Origin: Octopus bimaculoides | Lineage: Eukaryota | Length of the DNA: 61,032 bases | Assembly (NCBI RefSeq): GCF_001194135.2 | Contig: NC_068982.1 | Location: 18,897,368 to 18,958,399, forward strand | Reading direction: 5' to 3' | Made by a program: the position numbers and the translations under genes | Notes under the pieces: model-generated | Database searches by the model: none | What the model was told of the DNA's origin: nothing | What the model saw: only the letters and a program-made list of their open reading frames with translations | Part shown: one piece after another, positions 50,188 through 61,032 of the stretch | Numbering within the stretch: position 1 is the first letter of the stretch | How the letters are laid out: each line of letters opens with the position of its first letter

Positions 50188-51392
50188 TCTTTTTATTATA
50201 GCCACACAGGGCTAAATACAGAAAATGGACAAATTACAAAGTAGAGCTTTTGGGTGGGGGGGATAATTTGGATCAAANNNNNNNNNNNNNNNNNNNNNNN
50301 NNNNNNNNNNNNNNNNNNNNNNNNNNNNNNNNNNNNNNNNNNNNNNNNNNNNNNNNNNNNNNNNNNNNNNNNNNNNNNNNNNNNNNNNNNNNNNNNNNNN
50401 NNNNNNNNNNNNNNNNNNNNNNNNNNNNNNNNNNNNNNNNNNNNNNNNNNNNNNNNNNNNNNNNNNNNNNNNNNNNNNNNNNNNNNNNNNNNNNNNNNNN
50501 NNNNNNNNNNNNNNNNNNNNNNNNNNNNNNNNNNNNNNNNNNNNNNNNNNNNNNNNNNNNNNNNNNNNNNNNNNNNNNNNNNNNNNNNNNNNNNNNNNNN
50601 NNNNNNNNNNNNNNNNNNNNNNNNNNNNNNNNNNNNNNNNNNNNNNNNNNNNNNNNNNNNNNNNNNNNNNNNNNNNNNNNNNNNNNNNNNNNNNNNNNNN
50701 NNNNNNNNNNNNNNNNNNNNNNNNNNNNNNNNNNNNNNNNNNNNNNNNNNNNNNNNNNNNNNNNNNNNNNNNNNNNNNNNNNNNNNNNNNNNNNNNNNNN
50801 NNNNNNNNNNNNNNNNNNNNNNNNNNNNNNNNNNNNNNNNNNNNNNNNNNNNNNNNNNNNNNNNNNNNNNNNNNNNNNNNNNNNNNNNNNNNNNNNNNNN
50901 NNNNNNNNNNNNNNNNNNNNNNNNNNNNNNNNNNNNNNNNNNNNNNNNNNNNNNNNGTGGTTTTCGAACCGTGTCTGTAGATCTTCTCTCGAACTGGTAG
51001 TGCGTCTCGATAGCATTGCCAAGCCAGGGATCTCTGGAAATTATCCATAGGCCCCGGCCCGAACGTCATCTTGAAAAGGTGGGTTAAGCATTTCTCGTCG
51101 ACACCCAGGTTTGCTCCGAGAGTGTCGTCAGACCTCCCCTCCACTAGTCCTCTATAGAACGCATTGGTCGTTTGGAAGTTGCACAAGTTTGATCCCGGAC
51201 GGCAGAGCTGTTGTAGAGCTTGGCGACACTCGCGGTGCCATTCGCCCAGTTTCGGTCTCTTCCTGATCCATGTTTGCAGTTCGGTGAGTGAGACGAGCTG
51301 CGGGAAGGCGCGCCTCACAAACGGCGCCCACACCTGTTCACCGTCGTCAATGAAGTTCCAGAGATGCCGCAGTCTCAGCGCATGTCTGCGCA
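50188..51392 (-). mobile_element. Young 5'-truncated Tx1/L1-type LINE (post-RT region; 3' UTR beyond the gap)
   Basis: About 145 stop-free, GC/CpG-rich codons (LRRHALRLRHLW...FQRSLAWQCYRDALPVREKIYRHG, resembling the zf-RVT-adjacent W......LP+...L.R.G motif). 3' end ...tagccctgtgtggctataataaaaaaga. Linkage across gap 50278-50956 is inferred. Confidence 0.75.
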
Positions 51393-51426
51393 ATAGATAG
51401 ATAGATAGATAGATAGATATAGATAT
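51393..51426. repeat. (GATA)n array at the 5' junction of the Tx1-type element
   Basis: Seen directly. Confidence 0.9.
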
Positions 51427-51958
51427 ATGTATATGTGGGATGTGTATACACACATACACAGACATATATACATGAGGTTTTTACATACATACACGCACAC
51501 ACATACACTCACATATATAACAATATGTATGTGCTTATGTAAAGGAAACATTTAGTGTTGTGAATGAATGGAGAGGCTGATAAATTAAGTGCTTGAAGTG
51601 TATTTGTGAAATCTCATTCTTTAGTTAAGGAGACGAATATTTCCGGGAAAAAAAAGGTAGAACGATGCCCTCAAAGTATTGCGCAGTGTCTTTCTTTGTT
51701 CCTTTTCCATTCTAAATTGAAATCGTGTGCACTTCAGTTTTTGTATTTATTTCCGGATGAAAGACAAGTACTTTATTTTTCATGTTTCTATATGAATCCA
51801 TATCCTGATAATAAAATAATAAGTGACCACGATATTTTTATGACCATATTAGAATCTATCAAAGTTTCTGGGATTGCCTGCCAGAAGATAATGCAATGCA
51901 AGGCCAGGTTTTGAAATGAACAGGCTCTTGCGCACAGAATTGAAATTCTAATTTTCAG

Positions 51959-52171
51959 ACGGTGAGCTGGCAGAAACGTTAGCACGCCGGACGAAATGCC
52001 TAGCCACATTTTGTCTGCCGTTACGTTGTTAGTTCAAATTCCGCCGAGGTCGACTTTGCCTTTCATCTTTCGGGGTCGATTAAATAAGTACCAGTTACGC
52101 ACTAGGGTCGATATAATCGACTTACTCCGTTTGTCTATCCTTGTTTGTCACCTCTGTGTGTAGCCCCTTGT
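51959..52171 (+). mobile_element. SINE family A copy (tail i, 3'-clipped)
   Basis: High similarity to 5225-5440. Confidence 0.92.
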
Positions 52172-52233
52172 CCGGATATGTATTTGTTTTCAATGTCAAT
52201 AAGAATAAGTTTTAATATATCTTTTGGCATATG

Positions 52234-52407
52234 AGCGTGCGAGCTAGTAGAAACGTTAGTATGCCGGGCGAAATGCTTAAGAGCATTTCGTTTGTTTTTG
52301 CGTTCTGAGTTCAAATTCCACCGAGGTTTCGTATTTCTTTGATACACTCGGGGGTCGATAAAATAAGTCCCCGAAATTGCTGGCCCTGTGCCAAAATTTG
52401 AATTCAA
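52234..52407 (+). mobile_element. SINE family A copy (tail iii, internal deletion)
   Basis: Head and B box present; tail cccgaaattgctggccctgtgccaaaatttgaa. Confidence 0.88.
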
Positions 52408-52427
52408 TGTAACTTCTGTCATTGATC

Positions 52428-52667
52428 TTTTATTATTTACATGTTTCAACTGTTGGACTGCATCCATACTGGGGCATGTCATTGAAGTGTTAATCGAACG
52501 AATCGTCTCACGCCCATACTTAATTTTGAGTCTCATTCTACGGTATTTTGCGGAACTCCTTCGTTACCGGGACGTTAACAAACCGACACCGGTTTGTGAG
52601 GACAAATTCAACGCAGACACGATGACATTCACATGCGTACACACACATATGTGCTCACGCATAACTT

Positions 52668-52712
<45 letters not shown>

Positions 52713-52731
52713 TTATCTATCTATCTATCAA

Positions 52732-52768
<37 letters not shown>

Positions 52769-53060
52769 GTATCTATCTATCTACTTATCTATATTTCCTT
52801 CTATCTATCTATATCTATATACATACATACGTACATACATACATACATACATACATACCTACATGCATAAATAAATACACGCATACATACATACGTACAT
52901 GACGGTCTTATTTCAGTTTACATCTACCAAATTCAATCGCACGGCTGTGGTCGGCCTCTGAGTAACAATTGAACACAACCCACCATAATATCACGCAGTG
53001 GGACCGAATTTAGAAACACATGGTTGAGAAGTAATTTTCTGACCACACAGCCTCACCCCG
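52428..53060 (-). mobile_element. Old SINE family B copy with expanded internal (TCTA)n/(TCTG)n/(TACA)n
   Basis: Both halves align with 42928-43535 at lower identity. Confidence 0.8.
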
Positions 53061-53381
53061 TGAAATTGATGCGTAGAAATATTGCTAATAAGTGATTTAC
53101 AACATATAATTCTATCAACTTCAGATTTGATTTAAAATTCTATCGCAATCGTATATGATCATTATTGCTTTTGCCATTGTTAAAGTATATGCCAGTACTT
53201 AGCTGTGATTGCTTTGATCTGTGAACTCTCTCCAATTTGCCTTTAACTACATACTAATATAAAGAAAATTCATTTTGTTATCACGAGTTATAATATTTTC
53301 GGTGATACAACGGCTTATAAGTAGCATGCAATTTGGAAAGATCCAATCATAGTAACAACATCAACAATAATAATAATCATG

Positions 53382-53403
53382 ATAATTTAGGAAAATAATA
53401 ATG

Positions 53404-53449
<46 letters not shown>

Positions 53450-53463
53450 TGATGATGATGATG

Positions 53464-53542
<79 letters not shown>

Positions 53543-53610
53543 TAATAATAATAATGATGATGATAATAATAATAATAATAATGATGATAATAATAATAAT
53601 AATATTAATG

Positions 53611-53678
<68 letters not shown>

Positions 53679-53702
53679 CATAATAATAATTTAGGAAAAT
53701 AA
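53382..53702. repeat. (AAT/GAT)n array (53399-53685) bounded by a perfect 17-bp direct repeat
   Basis: ataatttaggaaaataa at 53382-53398 and 53686-53702. Confidence 0.95.
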
Positions 53703-54110
53703 GGAGTGTAGCGACAGACCACCTCCATTTCCAAATGTAGCTTTACGGAAGTGAGGCTTCTTATAACCACTTATGAATATTTTTATTCGTATGTATTTGA
53801 GTGTGCACTTCAGTTGCTTGGGGATTAATGTGTTTCTTTAAACGGAATATACGCCCAGTGTCGTAATCTGTGTCGTTTAAAAATGGACAAATGCATACAA
53901 CACAGTTTGTATCACGCACACAAACACATACATATACTTATAAATTCAGACACCCACACACACAGATATATGTAAAATCCTACACGACTAGGTGAAAAGC
54001 GCTTTATTTAATATGTGACATTAATAAAAATCTGTAAATGTACAAACATTCAGATTTCTGAGTACCTTAATTTTTTTTCTATATAATTTCTGTACATCAC
54101 CTCCAAACCT

Positions 54111-54168
<58 letters not shown>

Positions 54169-54697
54169 ACATGTGTGTATGCATGCATATGTGTGTGCGT
54201 CAACAGTATGTGTATGTTTGTGCATTTATCTATATTTATCAATGTATATATTTCTTCATCTTATGAACATTTGAACTGTTATTTTGATACAGCTCTACAT
54301 ATTAGACGAGATGCAATAGAGTTGCTAGAAGCAACCCGTACTTCCGGGTAATTATTTTATGAAACAGTAGTAACTGAAGTCAATTAATTTTGTTTGACAC
54401 CTTTCCCGAAATATACAGATATTTGACAGCAATATGTAAAACTTTGGGAGCTGGTGCAAAATATACAGAATAGGCCTTGTTTTGATGGATTAGACTAACA
54501 TAGTTTATAACTATAATGATATGTTATTCTATCAAAAGTTATCTGACGGTTGATTTAGTCCTGTTTGGTTTGGTTTGGTGGATAATTGACAACAAAAAAC
54601 GGAAAGTAAATTTCTTGATACTGTGTAGAATTTAGCGGATTTTCTTCTCCAACAAATCATCAGGAACAATACTGAGTTTCAGGATTAAATAATTACT

Positions 54698-54869
54698 AGC
54701 TGGCAATATTGTTAACACGCTTTACATTTTGATTTCAAATTCTATCGACGTCAACTTTGCCTTTCGTCTTTTCGAGTCGATAAAATAATTATCGGTTGAG
54801 CACTGAGATCAATGTAATCGACTGACCCACTCACCCGAAATTGCCGACATTGTGCCAAAATTTGAAATC
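54698..54869 (+). mobile_element. Old SINE family A copy (tail iii) with 9-bp TSD
   Basis: TSD ataattact at 54689-54697 and 54870-54878; head partly deleted. Confidence 0.82.
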
Positions 54870-55301
54870 ATAATTACTTAACTGTGGAAGATATATCAAT
54901 CGGAAATAATATTCCAAAGAATGCGTCACATAGCACAGATGAGTAACGTTCTCGTAAGTAAACTCGTAGCCAGCCTCATTATAATGAATGCTTATAATTG
55001 AATACAGGTGAAACGTTTCTCCTACATATGCACTCTTGTTTTTATGATCTTGACTAGGGTTTGCCGCATAGAAATCCCTGTTCTTTAACTCGCGTAGTGT
55101 TGGGTTTATTTCCAACTGGATATTTAAAACAAATCTATTCGAACTTAAGAAATATTACTTCAATACATTAATATACACAGAGACTGCGTCAAAGTGTGTC
55201 TCACGTTATTACATCCCATTAGATGACCTCAGAAACAATATTTCGATGTAGCAATCGTCTGTGCGACTTATTTTACATTTACCAGTCACATAACATATTT
55301 T

Positions 55302-55512
55302 GGTGCAGGCAGAATCGTTAGCACGCCGGGCAAAATGCTTAGCGACATTTCGTTCCTGTTTATGTTCCGACTTCAAATTCCCCCGAGGTTGACTTTGCTT
55401 TTCATAATTTCGGGGTCGATAAAATAAGTACTAACTGAGCACAGGAGTCGATGTGAACAACTTACCCTCACCTCTGCATTTCCTGGCTGAGTGTCGAGGT
55501 TTGAAATGAATA
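55302..55512 (+). mobile_element. SINE family A copy (degenerate tail iii)
   Basis: gcagaatcgttagcacgccgggcaaaatgcttagc...cggggtcgataaaataagtac. Confidence 0.88.
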
Positions 55513-55525
55513 TAATACTCGCTCC

Positions 55526-55566
<41 letters not shown>

Positions 55567-57558
55567 GAGAGATTCTTACATACATACACACATACATAGT
55601 ACACACACAGATATATGCATTTATACCTACTCATTACGCTTTTGTAGAAGTATTGCTTCACTTATAATTCATTGAAATGATTAGAACAACCAATCATATA
55701 TTATTCAATACAAACACATTTAAGCAGAACTTCTTATTCCAAGATCGTTATGTAGTTAAATCTGTGTATCTTTATATACTACATTTCATTATATCATTCA
55801 ACATACGTATACCTGACTATACATACGAAACCTCTTATATGTTGTGCTTGCAGATAGATATATGTCAATAATGTTGTATAAATGCCATCTTTTATATAAC
55901 TGTCCACATAAACATTTTCATTAATCATCTCATTTACCCATCTCGTCTAAACTTAAACTCAGACAATCATTTTAGGATAAACTCATAGATATTTTACTAC
56001 CAAAATATCCACTGTAAATATACATTTATAAATTATACACTCTTCAAATCTTTAGATTGTTGCTTACAAAATTTCCAATTGTTTAGATTTTCATTGTGAT
56101 GCACATAATAATAAACACCTCTTAAATTATATTTAAAATTCTAGTATTGCAATCAATCATGACTAGTTCTTATGCTCACTATTTTACGTCTATGTTAATT
56201 TTCTGTTCACTTCCCAAGAATTATATTTCTTTCCTCGGCTTTATGCTTGATGGTGTATTTTAACTCAAAATGACTTCAGTAATCCTGGCAAACAGTGATG
56301 AAATATTGTTACGTTATGTTACATGTGTTATCAGTAAAGCTACAATAAATTAGTATATGTATGTATTATGATTGTTTCATAATCAAATTAGTACACAATT
56401 TACGATCTTCATTTTTAATGATCTGTCAACCGTCCATTAAATAGTTATATATACAAAAAATACGAAATTCAGTATGCTATAAACAGTCTAAAATAAGCGG
56501 TCAGTTCATAACTCTGTTTTTTTCTGCGTCTCAGACACATAAATATACCTATCAGAGTCGATCAAACGTTAACTGCAATGAGGTGGAACGATTAACAGCA
56601 AATTTAGGATGGACTAAGTATTTTGTATCGATAAAAGTACCTTTTTCAAAATTGTGTAACACTTTGACGGTGTCTTGAAAACACGCCAAGAAAAATCATA
56701 CTTCCAAGAAGTGACCTACATAAGTATTCTGCTTGAGTTTTATAGCTCCAATAATTTAAAATATCAGATCATACTCATTTTAAGAATTCATGCCAACTAA
56801 TACCGATATATTAGGATTTATAACGAATACCTTAATTCTTCACTGTAATTTTAAAAGTTAAATGGATGGTACAGTTGAGAAATTAAAATGTATATTTAGA
56901 AGGACATACTGTAAAGTAGTAACTCATTCGTGTTGATCATTAAAGATAATCAGTTTGTGCCTTTTATATTCCCCATTATTGATGGTTTAAACTTTCACGT
57001 TCTACTTTTATATCCGTAAATAAAATATTTGCCAAAAGTATTTCCGAAATGTAGGCCTCTCATTCAAGTGAAACATCCCAGCAGCAAAGCGAAACTAAAG
57101 AAAAAGTAATACTGATCTAGGGCGGTATCTCCGGAGATATCATTTTTAGTCAAATAATTGGAAGAGAGAACTAAACGTAAAGTCCATTTAATCTGATATA
57201 TTTGAAAATATCTAAGGAGTTTCTATACAGACTGCTAGTATCAATGGAAGCACCGAAGAGAAGATGACGCTAAAGAACAAAACATAAAATGGAAAAGCTA
57301 TTGTCTTATTCGACTTCATCATATGCCAGCGGCTATTATTCCTGGGGTTGATTTAATGACAAAATATGTTGTGTATTTTTGTCTAAGATACAGCTTTCCA
57401 GCTTGTAGCATTTTCAATCAAGCTACTTAATCTTAATTTAACTCAAGTTTACATATTTTGCTTTCTAAAATGTTGTAAATGGGAATTTTTTCCAGAATTT
57501 GGATCACCCTGTCTATGACAGTTGTTAGTGTTATGACATATGTGCAGCTTATACTCAC

Positions 57559-57632
57559 TTCGCTGGTGACACCACACAGGTATCAGCAAAATTATCGAAA
57601 TATATTGATATTTCTAGAGATCTTCCATCCAA
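57559..57632 (-). other. Candidate exon (74 nt, phase 0 to 2, LDGRSLEISIYFDNFADTCVVSPA)
   Basis: Acceptor atattttttttaatag|, donor GCGAA|GTGAGT; single open frame. Product not recognised. Confidence 0.4.
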
Positions 57633-59599
57633 CTATTAAAAAAAAATATGTACATGCAACAAAAGCAAGCATAGTTAGATAGTTCCAACTATGAGCGAAA
57701 GTTGATAAGCTCTATCTTTTAAATAATGTAGCAAAAGGGTTGAAATACATCACATACAATAAATAAATCATATACAGTCGATACATCGGAAAATTTATCT
57801 GAATTATTTATTGTTAATCAAGTATTCAAAACAAATGTTTGTGAAATTTCTTTGCAGAAAATGGAAAATATAATGCATTTGAAGTCAAAGGTTTTCAAGA
57901 TATTATTTGCCAAAGAAATGAGTGAAAGGCACTTCAGACGATGCTGCCCGCGAAAGTATAGAATATTAGTAAATTTAGATATTAATTAGGATAAACTCTA
58001 AATCCATAAATTTGCAACAATCAACCACTCATTCTCAATGGTAACTAAGGAGTACATGGAATATCCCGATAAGATTATTTGTTAGTTGTAGCAAGAGTTT
58101 GCCTGTGTTGCAAAATGTTATAATTGACATTGTAAATTCAAACTGAAATTGCAGAAGAGCGAATAATTTCCATGTATATATATATATATATATATGTATA
58201 TNNNNNNNNNNNNNNNNNNNNNNNNNNNNNNNNNNNNNNNNNNNNNNNNNNNNNNNNNNNNNNNNNNNNNNNNNNNNNNNNNNNNNNNNNNNNNNNNNNN
58301 NNNNNNNNNNNNNNNNNNNNNNNNNNNNNNNNNNNNNNNNNNNNNNNNTACGTGCATGTATGTATGTATGTATGTATGTATGTATGTATGTATGTATGTA
58401 TAGAAATATTAATATTTCTAAGTCTCTCTAGATGAGACTACAGCAGTGGTACTGGATATTAATAGTTATAGCCGTGGCTGTTCAGAAAAATAGGACGAAT
58501 GCTGCCGTTGATTAGGTCCAGGAGGCCATCGCCTCTAGCGCGCTATGTCACATACGAACCTGTGTCCATTATAACCTTCGAACAGGGGAGGTCAGCCGCT
58601 TCCCCTTGCTGTTCCGGCATCTACAAACTAGTTTCGGGATAATTTCCCTTTATCAATGTAGAGCAACATATATGTACGTTTGTATGTATGTATGTACGTA
58701 TGTATGTATGCATGTGTATGTATGTGTATATATATATATATATATATNNNNNNNNNNNNNNNNNNNNNNNNNNNNNNNNNNNNNNNNNNNNNNNNNNNNN
58801 NNNNNNNNNNNNNNNNNNNNNNNNNNNNNNNNNNNNNNNNNNNNNNNNNNNNNNNNNNNNNNNNNNNNNNNNNNNNNNNNNNNNNNNNNNNNNNNNNNNN
58901 NNNNNNNNNNNNNNNNNNNNNNNNNNNNNNNNNNNNNNNNNNNNNNNNNNNNNNNNNNNNNNNNNNNNNNNNNNNNNNNNNNNNNNNNNNNNNNNNNNNN
59001 NNNNNNNNNNNNNNNNNNNNNNNNNNNNNNNNNNNNNNNNNNNNNNNNNNNNNNNNNNNNNATATATATATATATATACATCTATCTCTCTATATATACA
59101 CCCATGTATATATATATATGTATATATATACATATATATTATATATTGAAATATGTATATGCGTGAATGCGTGTGTATGTGCGAATGTGTGTTTGTGTAT
59201 GACAGAGTACATATTAAGTTTACAAAGAATATTTGGGAATAACTTCGAAGTTTTTAATTAATCTAATTCACCAATTTGTCTGATCAAGGCTAACAAGCCT
59301 TCATTTCGAGGTCACTGAAAATTTTCCAGTATGAGTATATGTATGTGTGTTGCGATGTGTGTGTGTGTACGTTTGTGTGTGTGGATGTAAGAGGATCACG
59401 TGGTGTTCTCGGATACGATACTGATGAAACCTCTCCAGCTACTTAATATGATGCCAGTAGGCTGTTTACCTTTTGCAGAGATATTGCTAGTTTCTCATAT
59501 ACAGACATAACATGATCTGACCAGATCCCGATTCTAGAGTTTCTCAAAGGCTACATTAGCATTCACATATCTGAGAGCCATATCCGCATCAAGTGTACC

Positions 59600-59960
59600 A
59601 TCTCTTCTGAAATGCTTAAAGCTGTCCCCTACTTCAAGTCTGACAAAATAGATCTGCCCTCTTCCACCACCGTGTCGCTATATGATTCAAGTCTGGATGG
59701 GGTATTATGGACATTAGGTTTTCACCCGAACTTATATCGAAACCAATTGAATTCTGTATCGAGTATTCGTGGATCTTACCAAGGCTTTTAATCGTTGTGT
59801 ATTGTTGGTCATATTGTTGAAGTTTAGAGGCCCTCTTGTATTTGTCATGACATCTAAGGATCGTCATCACAACAAGAAGGCAAGTGTGAACATCAATAGG
59901 ATTCTTACGGAAAAGATCGTCAAAAAGGGTGTCAGTAGCAGCACCTATGTCCTCCAACGA
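59600..59960 (+). mobile_element. RTE-clade LINE RT fragment, decayed
   Basis: FVDLTKAFNRCVLLVILLKFRGP..HHNKKASVNINRILTEKIVKKGV matches RTE FVDLTKAFD...LW.IL.K.GCP..H..MKA.V......V..GV; GFHPN lies upstream. Confidence 0.72.
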
Positions 59961-60174
59961 AAACAATGTCACAGTTTAAACCTGAGAAAAGTCTTGCATA
60001 TTTTTATTGTTCCACCTACAGATTGTGTCCGTAATGTGTGAATTGGGCGATTTCTTTTTCTGAAACCCATGCTTATCCATACTCAGAGAGGAATTGAAAT
60101 TACTATAAACACACATATATGCGTGTATATAGTTACATAAACGTATACGTGTATTATATATGCATATATACATA

Positions 60175-60300
60175 CATATAAATCTCACGTGTGTGCGTGC
60201 ATGCGTGTGTGTATGTGTGTGTGTGTGTGTATGTGTGTGTGTGTGTGTGTGTATGTGTGTGTGTGTGTGTGTGTGTATGTGTGTGCGAGAGTGCGTGTTG
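60175..60300. repeat. (TG)n microsatellite
   Basis: Seen directly. Confidence 0.95.
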
Positions 60301-61032
60301 TGCAGGTTGCGTGTGCTCATAACTTGTTTTCATTCACGCAAAAATATAATATCTATTTCTAATCGTCTCTCTTCTAATATTCTGTTCTGTTCTCTATGCT
60401 ACTCTATTCTTTTCTCTTTCACGTTTTGTTACCTCCATCTACACCTACACTCTCTCTCCCATATTAAACTAGAATCTGAGTAGTTCTCTTCTTTTTTTAT
60501 TATATGCTTTTTCCGTGCAACATATCATGCAATTCAAACCATGTGTATGTGCTCCATTAGTTTCCATTATATATTACCATGTTTTTCTCATATTTTAAAA
60601 TTAGTTATTCTCAAGGATATTTATACATCTAGTGTTTTGTACAGAAACGTATTTATGTACGCTTAGTATTACTCATACACAAACCATACTCATACGAATC
60701 TTTTATTAGTTTTTCTTCTGAATTAGTAATGGTCAATGACAGTTATGTGTATTTTATACATAAACATACGCAAATACACTCCCACAGATGCTTAGAAATG
60801 CGCACATCCACATCAAAATATACATCCAGCATATTTCATGAAATGTTTACCTTACTATTGTCAATGTTCTTTATGTTTCTACTGCTATAGTTTCTGTCCC
60901 TACAATATAATGTTCAACACCTCCTCTTCCTTCTACTACTTCTACTACTACTATAAATAGTAGTAGCGGTGTAGGTGTTGGTGGGGGTCATGTGGGTAGT
61001 AGTAGTAGACGGACACACACACACACACACAC

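Noticed and set aside
53361-53694. Poly-Ile/poly-Met ORFs; also poly-HT/VC/YI/N/L ORFs elsewhere
   Set aside because: Translations of microsatellites.
54831-55115. ORF containing YVGET (GIY-YIG-like)
   Set aside because: Lacks the upstream GIY/cysteine motif and the downstream R..EH; runs into a SINE.
58430-58660. GC-rich island with candidate exon or integrase-like frame
   Set aside because: Phase is incompatible with the next candidate exon, and no motif is strong enough to call.
60945-60966. (CTA)3-taaa-(TAG)3 hairpin
   Set aside because: Short and low-complexity.

Overview
AT-rich eukaryotic genomic DNA with about 6.7 kb of N gaps, almost all flanked by (TA)n or (CA)n. The repeat families and microsatellite load look like an Octopus-type cephalopod genome (inference from recalled repeats, not database-checked). 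Most long ORFs in the supplied track are artefacts of N gaps and microsatellites. Decayed mobile elements dominate: two Tc1/mariner-superfamily transposase remnants, a Helitron helicase 3' end, CR1-like LINEs (two families plus an APE fragment), R4/Dong-like RLE LINEs, a CRE-like RLE fragment, an RTE RT fragment, a young Tx1/L1-type LINE inside a (GATA)n array, Penelope-like pieces, and about 16 tRNA-derived SINE copies in three families, several with clear TSDs. A minus-strand host gene is suggested by two phase-compatible exons joined by a 66-bp intron (15912-16161); its product is not recognised. Best leads: (1) a minimal type-I hammerhead ribozyme inside a perfect 57-bp inverted repeat; (2) two apparent LINE-SINE 3'-tail partnerships, one with a compensatory stem change; (3) a Tx1-type element that may target (GATA)n; (4) a ~290-bp (AAT)n array bounded by a perfect 17-bp direct repeat, as if retrotransposed. 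All alignments and translations were done by eye.
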